Positions 18,414 to 28,266 are shown, numbered from the stretch's first letter. The stretch is 64,000 nucleotides of DNA from Candidatus Doudnabacteria bacterium (GCA_037200925.1 JBBCGO010000001.1:511698-575697), one strand, 5' to 3'. Translations and numbers: made by a program. The notes: a model not told the origin generated them from the sequence alone.

Positions 18414-19732
18414 AAATCCCTTTAGTGGCGATCATCGGCCTGCCGAACAGCGGAAAATCAACTTTTTTCAACAAGGTTTTGGAAAGGCGGACCGCGCTGA
18501 CTTATCCCGAAGCCGGCACCACGCGCGACCGCGCTTACGGTCTGGCAAACTGGAACAGATTGGCATTCTATTTGATTGATACGGCGGGGATCATCAAACG
18601 GCCGAACTCAGACCTGGAAATAAATATCCAGAAGCAAACGGCAATTGCCCGGGAAGAAGCAGATCTGATTATTCTCTTGGCTGACGGCAAGACCAATCCC
18701 TCCACCGAGGATCTGCGGGTGGCCGCACAATTGTCTAAAACCCACAAGCCGATAGTTTTGGGTGTGAATAAAATTGATGTGCGCAATACCAAAACTCAGA
18801 CTGCAGCCGAAGTTTACCAAAAACTGGGGTTGGGCAGCCCCTTTATGATCTCCTCGGTCAACGGTTCAGGTATCGGCGACATCCTGGATGAAGTTGTAAA
18901 AAAACTTAAAAATGAATTCGGTAATCAGGCGCCTGAAGAAACAGAAAGGCTGAAGATTGCATTTGTGGGCCGGCCGAATGTCGGAAAATCATCCTTGATC
19001 AATGCGCTTATCAAACAAGAACGGCTGTTGGTGCATAATAAAGCCGGAACCACTCGCTCCACAGTTGAGATTCCTTTTGAATCAAAAGGAAAAAAATTTC
19101 TGCTGCTCGACACCGCTGGCATCAAAAAGAAGTGGGACCAGGATAAGGATGTGGAAGCAGCCGCGGCTTTCCAATCCATCCGCACCATCGATCAAACTGA
19201 TGTGGCATTGTTCGTGGTGGATGCCACAAGCGAGATCATGGTCCAGGACCAGATCATCGCTTCTCAAATTCTTGAGCAAGGAAAGGCTTGCGTTATTCTG
19301 TTGAACAAGATCGACCAGCTGGATAAAAAAGCCCAGGACAAACTGCTTGATGTTTTGCCGCACTATCTGCCGCAAATGTGGTTTGTGCCCGTGCTGTTTA
19401 CGTCAGCGAAAACTTCTCAAGGACTGGATCTTTTGCTAAAATTCGCTCAAGAGGCGTTTAATTCAAGCAAGCGTGAGATCGACCCTTCTGAGCTTGACCA
19501 ATTTTTGGAAAAAATGCTTGCCGAGAAAATGCCGGGCAAAATGGAAGACCAGCGCTCCCCCAAAATTTATAATTTGAGTCAGATCGGCGTTAATCCCCCG
19601 ACTTTTAAAATGACGGTTAATTTTCCTGCGGCAATTGCGGAAGCTTGGAAAAAATGGTTTGAAAAACAATTCCGGTTAAAATTCGGTTTTGAAGGCACGC
19701 CGATAGAAATTAAATATATTCGACGAGAATGA
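18410..19732 (+). CDS. der: Ribosome-biogenesis GTPase Der/EngA (two GTPase domains)
   Basis: Two P-loops GLPNSGKST and GRPNVGKSS; ATGA overlap with LCP gene stop. Confidence 0.9.
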   Translation: MKIPLVAIIGLPNSGKSTFFNKVLERRTALTYPEAGTTRDRAYGLANWNRLAFYLIDTAGIIKRPNSDLEINIQKQTAIAREEADLIILLADGKTNPSTEDLRVAAQLSKTHKPIVLGVNKIDVRNTKTQTAAEVYQKLGLGSPFMISSVNGSGIGDILDEVVKKLKNEFGNQAPEETERLKIAFVGRPNVGKSSLINALIKQERLLVHNKAGTTRSTVEIPFESKGKKFLLLDTAGIKKKWDQDKDVEAAAAFQSIRTIDQTDVALFVVDATSEIMVQDQIIASQILEQGKACVILLNKIDQLDKKAQDKLLDVLPHYLPQMWFVPVLFTSAKTSQGLDLLLKFAQEAFNSSKREIDPSELDQFLEKMLAEKMPGKMEDQRSPKIYNLSQIGVNPPTFKMTVNFPAAIAEAWKKWFEKQFRLKFGFEGTPIEIKYIRRE

Positions 19733-20268
19733 TTCTAATCGTGGGCTTAGGCAATCCGGGCAAGCAATATGAAAATTCGCGGCACAATTTCGGCTTCCGC
19801 GTTTTGGATCTGCTTTCTGGCGGCGAACCCTGGGAAAACAAATATGACAGCCAAATCATTAAAACCGATGACATAATTTTGGCCAAGCCGCAATTATATA
19901 TGAACTTGTCCGGCAAAGCCGTGACTCAAATTCTGAAATTTTATCCTGCGGCACAACTCGTTGTCGTCCACGATGAATTGGACCTGCCTTTAGGTTCAAT
20001 GAAAATAGTAAAAAACAATTCCTCGGCAGGGCACCACGGCGTGCAATCAATCATAGACGAGATCGGCACGAAAGATTTCATCCGCATACGCTTAGGCATT
20101 GATAACCCCGAAGCACGCGGAGAAATTCCCGGCGATGAGTTTGTCCTGCAAAAATTTACACCACAGGAAGAAAAAATAGCAAAAGAAATTTTGGAAAAAA
20201 CCAAGGATGCGATCGATGTTCTGCAAACCGAAGGACTCGATATTGCGCAATCAAAATACAACGGCTGA
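19729..20268 (+). CDS. pth: Peptidyl-tRNA hydrolase
   Basis: MILIVGLGNPGKQYENSRHNFGF; ATGA overlap with der stop. Confidence 0.9.
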   Translation: MILIVGLGNPGKQYENSRHNFGFRVLDLLSGGEPWENKYDSQIIKTDDIILAKPQLYMNLSGKAVTQILKFYPAAQLVVVHDELDLPLGSMKIVKNNSSAGHHGVQSIIDEIGTKDFIRIRLGIDNPEARGEIPGDEFVLQKFTPQEEKIAKEILEKTKDAIDVLQTEGLDIAQSKYNG

Positions 20269-20285
20269 AGAAGCCGTTTTTTTTA
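20261..20285 (+). terminator. Intrinsic terminator after pth (ACGGCT-gaaga-AGCCGT + T8)
   Basis: Seen directly; A8 on plus strand right after gives T-run for a minus-strand transcript ending here too. Confidence 0.7.
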
Positions 20286-20559
20286 CAAAAAAAAGACCTG
20301 CTCTTGCAAGTCTTAGGACTTAACGGGCAAACCGCCGGGATCTCTTCGCTTTAGATGGAGCGGGATGGGCGGCTGCCACTTTTGCGGCTCTATCAATCCT
20401 TTCTTTTCCAGGTCTTTCCTTGTTTCGTTCGCCTTTTTTATAGACGACCGCTTGCTTGTTGAGAATTGTTCGGCCACACGCACGACGCCTCCGATGAGAA
20501 TGGTCCGAGCTGGGGGTGCGGACCAAGTTTTGCCAGAACTGGGGGAGCCGGGTGCAAAC

Positions 20560-20931
20560 TTACGACTCGATCGAACTCCGGAATGCTTCGTGCCAAGGAA
20601 GCGGTTTAGCCGTCAGGCCTCGCGGCAGCTCCATGCACGAGTATTCCTCGTCGTCATTTAATATGACGACGATCTGATCAGGTGTGAACGACTCCATCAG
20701 CCGGAACAGGCGGGCCAGTTGATGCGCTCGCAGGCAACGCTTCTGCGAAGCCAGCTTAAGGAGTTCTTGGGCTTGCGGGGAATCAAGCCAGACGGGTCGA
20801 TTGGATCTCGGTTCGACCAAATCCAGAGCTACAACGGTCAAGCCGCGTAGATCTTCCTCTCTGTAACGTTGGTCTCCCAGCATACGGACGATCTCCTGCA
20901 ACGAAACGTTAGTTGTTTGTCCCGGGAGCAT
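20560..20931 (-). CDS. Hypothetical protein (123 aa), GC-rich, no recognisable domain
   Basis: Intact ORF MLPGQTTNVSLQEIVRMLGDQRYREEDL...; local GC markedly above neighbours. Confidence 0.45.
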   Translation of the reverse strand: MLPGQTTNVSLQEIVRMLGDQRYREEDLRGLTVVALDLVEPRSNRPVWLDSPQAQELLKLASQKRCLRAHQLARLFRLMESFTPDQIVVILNDDEEYSCMELPRGLTAKPLPWHEAFRSSIES

Positions 20932-21010
20932 CCCGGGGCAGTTGTGCGGTCAGTTGCCTCCTTTCCTCCATGAACGAAATATAAAAAAACTCGGGTGAGT
21001 TTTAAATATA

Positions 21011-21130
21011 CTTGACCCTACCTACGAGTGCTGGACAAGAACGGAAAACCGCTCCGGCCCAAACTTTGGGTTACTTGCAAACAATAGGAGGGATGCTGCC
21101 TGCTTTCGCCACTCGCAAGGTAGGGTCAAG
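21011..21130. repeat. Large near-perfect hairpin: 13-bp arms CTTGACCCTACCT / AGGTAGGGTCAAG (plus 6-bp extension) enclosing ~94 nt, immediately upstream of dprA promoter (TATAAT ~21136)
   Basis: Seen directly. Confidence 0.8.
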
Positions 21131-21189
21131 AATACTATAATGATGTTATTAAACAACTAAGATAATATATAATAGCAAAAATCCACCTC

Positions 21190-22296
21190 ATGTCAAACGC
21201 TGACCGAAACCTGCTAGAAGCCAAAATTTTCGCCAATGCCTTCAGCCTCATCCCGGAACTGGGCCCTGTCTCGCTGCAAAAACTACATAATCATTTCGGG
21301 GACTGGTATACGGCCTGGATCGCGTCTAGCGCTGACTATATCGATGCCGGGTTGCCCGCCAAAAGCGTTAACCAGATTATAGCAAATAAACCAAAAATCA
21401 AGCCAGAGCAGCTATTTGCCGAACTGACCCGCCGTCAGATCGAAGTTCTGTTAATTTCAGAACCGGACTATCCCAAACTTCTGAAGGAGATCCATGCCGC
21501 TCCTCCCGTTCTGTATCTTCGGGGCAATAAAAAAACATTGAACAAACTTTCCGTGGCCGTGGTCGGCACCCGCAAAATGTCCAGCTATGGCGGACAAGCG
21601 GCGGAAGAGATCGTCCTGGGACTGGTCAACAATGGAGTGGCAATTGTTTCAGGCCTCGCATTCGGGATAGACGCGCAGGCATTAGGCACTGCTGTTGCCA
21701 ACCAAGGCGGCACGGTTGCTGTCTTAGCGTCGGATTTGAACGACACAAATATTTCGCCGCGTTCAAATTTTAATTTAGCGCAAAAGATCATTGAAACAGG
21801 CGCGCTTGTTTCCGAATATCCGCTGGGACACCCTTCCCAAAAACAAAATTTTCCTGTCCGCAACCGCATCATCTCCGGTTTAAGCTTGGGAACCTTGGTC
21901 GTGGAAGCGGATGCCGAAAGCGGTGCTTTGATCACCGCCAACTTTGCTTTGGAACAAAACCGCGAAGTGTTCGCAGTACCCGGGTCTATTTTCTCGCCCA
22001 CCAGCCGCGGTACCAACCAGCTCATCAAAAAAGGCGCCAAGCTCGTCAATACAGCTTTCGATATTCTGGAAGAGCTGAATTTGGATGCAACCGCGTTGGG
22101 CGAACCGGTGCTGTTGGAAGTCAACACGGAAGAAGAACTGATCTTGAAGCACCTCAATCGCGAAGGACTGCATATTAACGAGTTGATCAAGACGGTCAAA
22201 CTCAACGCCGGTTCGGTCAGCGCCAATTTGACCCTGCTTGAGATGAAAGGCCGCGTGAAAAATCTGGGAGCCGGACTGTATGCAAAAATTCGATAA
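21190..22296 (+). CDS. dprA: DNA processing protein A (Smf)
   Basis: VAVVGTRKMSSYGGQAAEEIV...GLAFGIDAQA Rossmann DprA core. Confidence 0.9.
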   Translation: MSNADRNLLEAKIFANAFSLIPELGPVSLQKLHNHFGDWYTAWIASSADYIDAGLPAKSVNQIIANKPKIKPEQLFAELTRRQIEVLLISEPDYPKLLKEIHAAPPVLYLRGNKKTLNKLSVAVVGTRKMSSYGGQAAEEIVLGLVNNGVAIVSGLAFGIDAQALGTAVANQGGTVAVLASDLNDTNISPRSNFNLAQKIIETGALVSEYPLGHPSQKQNFPVRNRIISGLSLGTLVVEADAESGALITANFALEQNREVFAVPGSIFSPTSRGTNQLIKKGAKLVNTAFDILEELNLDATALGEPVLLEVNTEEELILKHLNREGLHINELIKTVKLNAGSVSANLTLLEMKGRVKNLGAGLYAKIR

Positions 22297-23326
22297 GCAT
22301 CTAAAATTTATATGGGAGTTTTCCGTTGGCATAGCATTGTTGCTGACACTGGTTTTGCTTTTTTTTCCAAAAAAACAGGCTCCAACCGAGCAGATCGTAA
22401 TTCCTAAATCACATGCGAAAATCACCACGATCTTTCTGGCCGGGGACATCATGCTCTCGCGCGATGTGGCTGGCAAGATGATCAAGGCCAATGACTTTAC
22501 TCTGCCTTTCCAAAAAACAGCGGAAGTTACTAATTCGGCCGATATCGCTTTTGCCAACCTGGAAGCGCCTTTCTTGGACCAGCCACCCTATGCCCAGAAT
22601 GATATAAAGTTCAAAGTAGACCCCAAGGCTGTGGCGGGTCTTAAATTTGCCGGTTTTGATATTCTGTCCACAGCCAACAACCACGCCTTGGATCAGGGAC
22701 AAAAGGGCGTTTTCTATACTCTAGCTTGGCTTGCCTTAAATCAGATAAAACCCATCGGAACTGGTCCCGATTGCCACATAGGACAGGTTTTGGAGCGCAA
22801 CGGGATAAAATTCGGATTTTTGGCCTACTCCTACGCCGCTTTCAATGACGGCGGGAAAAAACCGGATCCCGCGGTTTGCGATGCGAACGACACAACTCAG
22901 GTTTCCTCCGATATCCATGCCTTAAAACCAAAAGTTGATTTCCTGATCGTATCCATGCACATGGGTATTGAGTATACGCGAACTCCGACTATTGCGCAGG
23001 AAAATTTTGCGCACAATGCCGTTGATTCGGGAGCGGATCTTGTGGTCGGGGCTCACCCGCATTGGATCCAACCTCCGGAACAATATCAGGGTAAATGGAT
23101 CTTTTATTCCCTCGGTAATTTCGTGTTTGATCAGATGTGGAGCCGGGAAACCAGGGAGGGTCTGACAATAAAATTATCTCTGGCGGATAAAAAATTATCA
23201 AAAATAGAGCTTATGCCCGTGATCATTGACGATTATTGCTGCGCCAGGTTTGCCAATCCGGACGAATCTGCCGCCATTTTAAGCAAGGTCGGCTTGACAA
23301 ACAGCATTTTATTGGACAACAATTAG
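22280..23326 (+). CDS. capA: CapA/PGA_cap family metallophosphatase (poly-gamma-glutamate capsule synthesis-like)
   Basis: IFLAGDIMLSRD...FANLEAP...STANNHALD motifs; overlaps dprA end. Confidence 0.8.
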   Translation: MQKFDKHLKFIWEFSVGIALLLTLVLLFFPKKQAPTEQIVIPKSHAKITTIFLAGDIMLSRDVAGKMIKANDFTLPFQKTAEVTNSADIAFANLEAPFLDQPPYAQNDIKFKVDPKAVAGLKFAGFDILSTANNHALDQGQKGVFYTLAWLALNQIKPIGTGPDCHIGQVLERNGIKFGFLAYSYAAFNDGGKKPDPAVCDANDTTQVSSDIHALKPKVDFLIVSMHMGIEYTRTPTIAQENFAHNAVDSGADLVVGAHPHWIQPPEQYQGKWIFYSLGNFVFDQMWSRETREGLTIKLSLADKKLSKIELMPVIIDDYCCARFANPDESAAILSKVGLTNSILLDNN

Positions 23327-23330
23327 AGCT

Positions 23331-25574
23331 ATGGCAAAAAGTTTAGTTATTGTAGAATCCCCAACCAAAGCAAAAACGATCAGCCGCTTCCTTGATGGCG
23401 AGTATAAAGTGGAGGCGTCTTTTGGACATGTCCGCGATCTTCCTTCAAGCAAGATGGGCATTGACATTGAACATGATTTTGAGCCGACCTATGTCATCCC
23501 GCCCAAATCAAAAAAACGCGTCGCGGAACTGAAAAAATTGGCCAAAGACGCGCCCGAAATAATCCTCGCGACTGACGAAGACCGAGAAGGCGAGGCCATT
23601 GCCTGGCACCTGGTCTCCGCTTTGGATCTAAAGAAAAAAGATATCAAACGCATCGCCTTCCATGAGATCACCAAAACCGCTATAAATGATGCTCTGGAGC
23701 ACCCCCGTCAGCTTGATCTGCATCTGGTGGATGCCCAGCAGGCCCGGCGCGTTCTTGACCGTTTGGTCGGCTACGAGCTTTCGCCATTCCTTTGGAAGAA
23801 AGTCAGAATGGGATTATCTGCCGGCCGCGTGCAATCAGTGGCGCTTCGCCTGATAGTGGAACGCGAACGGGAAATCCAAAAATTCAAACCACAGGAATAC
23901 TGGAGCATTGAAACCACTTTTAACAAAGACGGGCAATTCGTCGGCAAACTGAATAAGATAGACGGCAAGGTTCTGGATAAGCTGGCTATCAAAAATGAAG
24001 AAGCGGCGCATAAAATTGTTGCGGACCTGGCCAACCGGCCGGCAATTGTTTCGGAAGTTACGAAAAAAGAGGTCCGCAGAACTCCGGCCGCGCCTTTCAC
24101 CACTTCAACGCTGCAGCAGGAAGCCGCGCGCAAACTGGGGTTTTCCGCCAAGCAAACCATGATGTATGCCCAACAATTATATGAGGGCGTAGAACTCGGC
24201 GAAGACAATGCCACAGGCCTGATCACTTACATGCGCACGGACTCGGTCAACCTTGCGGAACAGGCTTTGCAGTCAGCCCATGATGCCATTATGGAAAGAT
24301 ACGGCAAGGAATATCTGCTTGACCAGCCGCGAAAATATGCTTCCAAGCAGAAGAACGCGCAGGAAGCGCACGAGGCCGTGCGGCCCACTGACCTAACGCG
24401 CGATCCGGACAGCGTGAAAGAGCATCTGGATAAAAACCAGCTTCGCTTATACGACCTGATCTGGAAACGCACGATCGCCACGCAGATGCCTGAAGCTGTC
24501 TTTGATGCCACCAGCGTGGATATTGATATTGCCGGACAAACGAAAAAATATGTGTTCCGCGCCACTGGCCAGGTCATCAAATTCGATGGGTTCATGAAAG
24601 TTTACCTGGAAGGCACGGATGATGAAGAAGCCGAAGAAGAAGGCCTGCTGCCGGATCTGGCAAAGGGCGACAAGCCAAAAGTCATTAAAACCATTCCCAA
24701 ACAGCACTTCACTCAGCCGCCGCCGCGTTTTTCCGATGCGACTCTGATCAAGACTTTGGAAGAATACGGCATTGGACGCCCGTCCACATACGCTCCGACA
24801 ATTTCTACCATCCAGGAGCGGGATTACGTGAACAAGATCGATAAAAAATTCCATCCCACGGAGATCGGCTTTATCGTCAATGATATTTTGGTTGAGCATT
24901 TCCCGCTAGTCGTAGATTTTCAGTTCACAGCCAAAATGGAAGAGGAACTGGATGAGATCGCGGAAGGCACCAAACAATGGGTACCAGTCATCCGCGAATT
25001 TTACGGACCATTTCATGAAAACCTCGTGTCCAAAGAAAAGTCAGTGGAAAAGCACGTGGAACTGCTGGACGAAAAATGCCCGTTATCAGGCCATCCCCTG
25101 CAGATAAAATTCGGCCGGTTCGGAAAATTCATCGCCTGCTCCAACTATCCGGAGTGCAAATACACCCGGCCTATGCCGGAAGAACAGAAGATCATTGACG
25201 AAAACACGGGCGTTATTTGCGATAAATGCGGCAAGCCGATGGTGGTAAAGTTCGGCCGGTTTGGAAGTTTCCTTGGCTGTTCCGGCTATCCGGAATGCAA
25301 GAACATCAAAAAGATCCAGAAAGGCACGGGCGTGGTCTGCCCCAAATGCGGGGAAGGCGAACTGGTGGAGCGCCGAAGCAAGCGCGGAATTTTTTATTCC
25401 TGCTCAAGATACCCGCAATGCAAATTCTTGATGAACGGCAAACCGACCGGCGAGAAATGCCCGAAGTCCGGCGATCTGCTGATGCTTGACCGCAACGGTA
25501 ATCTGAAATGTTCAAACAAAGAATGCGACTACGAACGAGAAGTGGAACCTGCGAAAGAAGAAATAAAAGCATAA
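23331..25574 (+). CDS. topA: DNA topoisomerase I with C-terminal multiple Zn-ribbon repeats
   Basis: Toprim + topo IA core, four C4 zinc ribbons (CxxC..CxxC); classic dprA-topA linkage. Confidence 0.95.
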   Translation: MAKSLVIVESPTKAKTISRFLDGEYKVEASFGHVRDLPSSKMGIDIEHDFEPTYVIPPKSKKRVAELKKLAKDAPEIILATDEDREGEAIAWHLVSALDLKKKDIKRIAFHEITKTAINDALEHPRQLDLHLVDAQQARRVLDRLVGYELSPFLWKKVRMGLSAGRVQSVALRLIVEREREIQKFKPQEYWSIETTFNKDGQFVGKLNKIDGKVLDKLAIKNEEAAHKIVADLANRPAIVSEVTKKEVRRTPAAPFTTSTLQQEAARKLGFSAKQTMMYAQQLYEGVELGEDNATGLITYMRTDSVNLAEQALQSAHDAIMERYGKEYLLDQPRKYASKQKNAQEAHEAVRPTDLTRDPDSVKEHLDKNQLRLYDLIWKRTIATQMPEAVFDATSVDIDIAGQTKKYVFRATGQVIKFDGFMKVYLEGTDDEEAEEEGLLPDLAKGDKPKVIKTIPKQHFTQPPPRFSDATLIKTLEEYGIGRPSTYAPTISTIQERDYVNKIDKKFHPTEIGFIVNDILVEHFPLVVDFQFTAKMEEELDEIAEGTKQWVPVIREFYGPFHENLVSKEKSVEKHVELLDEKCPLSGHPLQIKFGRFGKFIACSNYPECKYTRPMPEEQKIIDENTGVICDKCGKPMVVKFGRFGSFLGCSGYPECKNIKKIQKGTGVVCPKCGEGELVERRSKRGIFYSCSRYPQCKFLMNGKPTGEKCPKSGDLLMLDRNGNLKCSNKECDYEREVEPAKEEIKA

Positions 25575-25589
25575 TATCCTCAAAAAAAT

Positions 25590-25616
25590 AAAAGCCGGGA
25601 TCAGCCTCCGGCTTTT
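25590..25616. terminator. Bidirectional terminator (GCCGG-gatcagcct-CCGGC, T-tracts on both strands)
   Basis: Between convergent topA and 133-aa ORF. Confidence 0.6.
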
Positions 25617-26002
25617 TGCTTGTCCAGGAATTCTTGGATGCGTTTCGGCGCGTAGCCAAAAAATAATCCTTGGATCCAGTCGCGATCGAAGCGGGAAAGT
25701 TTGGCGCGATCCAAAAAATCAAAAGCAGAAAGAGTCCACGGTTGACGATAAAATCCATACCGCCAGCGATATAGTCCTCGCCACCGACCTTCTTTTCCAT
25801 AATGCCTAATCCAGTAAAATACCTTTCCTGTTTGCCCGGCTCTCTTAAGGCACATTGCCAGATCATGTTCCAGATCCGATTTTTTGGCTCGCCTCGCGCA
25901 GACTTCGGAAAAAGGCTTACGGCCACGAGCAAGAAGTTTAATGGCGATCATACATTGCTCGTATTCATATGTACAAATGGTCGCTTTTCTGTTGCTCATC
26001 AA
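25601..26002 (-). CDS. Hypothetical Trp/Arg-rich protein (133 aa)
   Basis: Own TATAAT-like box and AAGGAGGG RBS upstream; no recognisable domain. Confidence 0.5.
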   Translation of the reverse strand: MMSNRKATICTYEYEQCMIAIKLLARGRKPFSEVCARRAKKSDLEHDLAMCLKRAGQTGKVFYWIRHYGKEGRWRGLYRWRYGFYRQPWTLSAFDFLDRAKLSRFDRDWIQGLFFGYAPKRIQEFLDKQKAGG

Positions 26003-26067
26003 CCCTCCTTGATATTCCGAATATTATATCAAAAAGAAAAACCGATGCGATAACGCACCGGCAAAAT

Positions 26068-26382
26068 TCACCAGGCCAAGGGCCTGTCTTCGAACCAGAC
26101 AACTATTCTCGCTGTCCAGATCGCAAACATCGGCAACCAGAAAAGAACAAACTGCATCGTTCTGACCGACCATGTTTCCACGGCCTCATCATTCCACCAA
26201 AAGCCAATCAGACCGTGAAAGGGAATGGGCGTCACAAATATTCCTACGATTCCGAGTACCGCGAAACTAAAAGGCAAGAACCCGACCTTTTCGAATCCGT
26301 ACCGCCGGATCTCGCTATACAAAGATGAGGAGTAAACCATCAGCGCCAACATGCCGATGAATTCGGCGATCAAATTGAACAT
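26068..26382 (-). CDS. Hypothetical small membrane protein (3 predicted TM helices)
   Basis: Hydrophobic segments; AAGGAGGA RBS. Confidence 0.5.
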   Translation of the reverse strand: MFNLIAEFIGMLALMVYSSSLYSEIRRYGFEKVGFLPFSFAVLGIVGIFVTPIPFHGLIGFWWNDEAVETWSVRTMQFVLFWLPMFAIWTARIVVWFEDRPLAW

Positions 26383-26472
26383 CGAATCCTCCTTGATGTA
26401 TTAAGGCTATACTAAAAATCGCAAAAAGAAAAACCGATGCCTGCAATTGCTTGCAAAGCATCGGCATGGCGC

Positions 26473-26907
26473 CTAGAACATGTGGAGCAGTTCCTGCCTG
26501 TCACCTGCCACCGGCCGGACTATTACACTCGTTTCCATAATGTGCACCTTCTGGATCACGAAGTAGGTCCACTCCGATGGGACGGGATCAAAACAAAGGC
26601 ATGCCCGCCCTCTTTCAGACGCGTCTGCTGCGATCAGTTCCCCATCCCGCCTCTGATATGCCCGAAGAACTTTCGTCGGGTTTCCGGAGAGCGTGACTGA
26701 ATCCTGAATGAGCAGATCATCCCATGGTTCTTTAACCGTTATTCCGAAACATGCAGCCACATGAACAGGTCGCCAGATCTTGCGGCCGATCCACTCGTGT
26801 ATCAGCACATAGTCGGAACGATGTTGACGCTGGGAACTGAAGATCCGCCGAAAGTAGGCTTGGTCTTCAGGGGCGAGTTCGGGAAGCTCAACGTAAGTCT
26901 GAGACAT
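26473..26907 (-). CDS. Hypothetical protein (144 aa), GC-rich
   Basis: Start moved to Met15 (MSQTYVELPEL) which has AGGAGAG RBS; no domain recognised. Confidence 0.45.
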   Translation of the reverse strand: MSQTYVELPELAPEDQAYFRRIFSSQRQHRSDYVLIHEWIGRKIWRPVHVAACFGITVKEPWDDLLIQDSVTLSGNPTKVLRAYQRRDGELIAADASERGRACLCFDPVPSEWTYFVIQKVHIMETSVIVRPVAGDRQELLHMF

Positions 26908-27112
26908 GTGCTCTCCTGCCCTATCGGCGAGGAGCGTGGTCAACTGCACCGACTAGGGCAAAGCGGGGTTGCGTGCGTGTCCGAGCGATGTTCTGCCCGG
27001 ACGTGAACCGAATCCTCTTTCAAATTTCAAAAAATTTTTTATTTTTCCCTAAACTTGGAAAAAATTTTCTAATTTAGCATAGGTTGATCTTTAATGTTTT
27101 GATCAACAAAAT

Positions 27113-27141
27113 AGTATACTAGTTTAGTACACTTTTGTCAA
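27113..27141 (-). promoter_or_regulatory. Strong sigma70-type promoter on minus strand (TTGACA-17-TATACT) giving ~200-nt GC-rich structured leader for 26473..26907 gene
   Basis: Consensus -35 and near-consensus -10 with 17-bp spacer, seen directly. Confidence 0.55.
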
Positions 27142-27175
27142 GGTTGACGAATCTGCGAGCGAATAGCGAAGCAGT

Positions 27176-28189
27176 CTATTTCACTGCGACAGTTCGCCGC
27201 ATCGCGTCACTCCTCGCAAATTCGCTAACGATCTGCTCAACTTCCTGTGCATTTTTTGTTTCCATCAGTTTCATCCGCAGTTCTTTGGCGCCGTCAAAGC
27301 CGTTTACGTAAGCTTTATAATGCTTTTTCATAACTTCAAATCTTTTCCCGCCCATGGGCAGGTTTACGAATTTCTCTTCAAACAGTTTTGAATGCTCTAT
27401 CATCGCTTGCAATCGTTTGTGAACCGGAATTTTCTCTATCGGTGTTTCTTTATTGAACATCCACGGGTTACCAAAGATCCCTCGGCCGATCATCACGCCA
27501 TCAGCGCCTGTTTCAGAAATTTTCTGCTCAGCTTCAGTTAAAGTCAGCACATCGCCGTTGCCGAGAATTAAGGGTCTGTTTTCTTTTGTAGTCAGCTGAT
27601 TTATTAGCTCAACTACTTGGGGCATAATTTCCCAATGCGCAGGCACTAAAGAAAGTTCTTTTACTGTCCGCAAGTGAATGGTGATCGCTGCGATGTCAGT
27701 TTTCAAAAGCTCGGGGATCCAATTTTCAATATCAATTTTGCCTACCCCCAGGCGTGTTTTGACCGAAACCGGCAAGACAGATGCGCCCTCTTTGGCCGCC
27801 AAAATGATCTCCTGCGCCAGTTTCGGATTTTTAATCAAAGCTCCGCCTGCCCCTTGTTTCAGAACGGCCCGGTCCGGACAGCCCATGTTTATGTCTATCC
27901 CGTCAAAGCCCAGGTCTTTGATCAACTTTGCAACTTTATAAAAATTTTCCGGCTTGGCGCCGAAGATCTGGGCCACGATCGGCCGCTCGGTTTCTGAATA
28001 CCAGAAGTCAACCAGAAGTTTTTCCAGGCCCTCAGAAACCAGACCATCCGCTGAAACAAACTCGGTCCAGGTCACATCTGGCTTGCCGTATTTAGCAATC
28101 AAAAACCGAAAAGCCGCATCCGTGACATTGGCCATGGGTGCCAGAACAAAGATCGGTTTTTTTAGTTTATCCCAAAAGCCTCTGTTCAT
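27176..28189 (-). CDS. dus: tRNA-dihydrouridine synthase
   Basis: FVLAPMANVTDAAFR... TIM-barrel Dus family. Confidence 0.9.
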   Translation of the reverse strand: MNRGFWDKLKKPIFVLAPMANVTDAAFRFLIAKYGKPDVTWTEFVSADGLVSEGLEKLLVDFWYSETERPIVAQIFGAKPENFYKVAKLIKDLGFDGIDINMGCPDRAVLKQGAGGALIKNPKLAQEIILAAKEGASVLPVSVKTRLGVGKIDIENWIPELLKTDIAAITIHLRTVKELSLVPAHWEIMPQVVELINQLTTKENRPLILGNGDVLTLTEAEQKISETGADGVMIGRGIFGNPWMFNKETPIEKIPVHKRLQAMIEHSKLFEEKFVNLPMGGKRFEVMKKHYKAYVNGFDGAKELRMKLMETKNAQEVEQIVSEFARSDAMRRTVAVK

Positions 28190-28266
28190 AATTGATAAAT
28201 TCTAGCAGACTTCCGTAGATTAAAAAAGTCCTTTGTTGAAAATCCAACTTTATATATAATACCCAT

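Noticed and set aside
20320-20526. 68-aa Arg-rich minus-strand ORF in the GC-rich non-coding stretch
   Set aside because: Extreme basic low-complexity composition and no RBS. More likely non-coding; the region is treated as candidate ncRNA or foreign DNA instead.
20290-21190. tmRNA, RNase P RNA or SRP RNA in the unexplained GC-rich region
   Set aside because: I looked for GGAAAGTCCGGGCTCC / AGGGTGAAA (RNase P), GGGGCTGATTCTGG...CTCCACCA (tmRNA) and GGAAGGAAGCAGCC (SRP) on both strands and found none.
25306-25932. 208-aa minus-strand ORF spanning topA 3' end and the downstream gene
   Set aside because: It overlaps the topA zinc-ribbon coding region antisense and fuses across a bidirectional terminator. 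The shorter 133-aa ORF, which has its own RBS, was kept instead.
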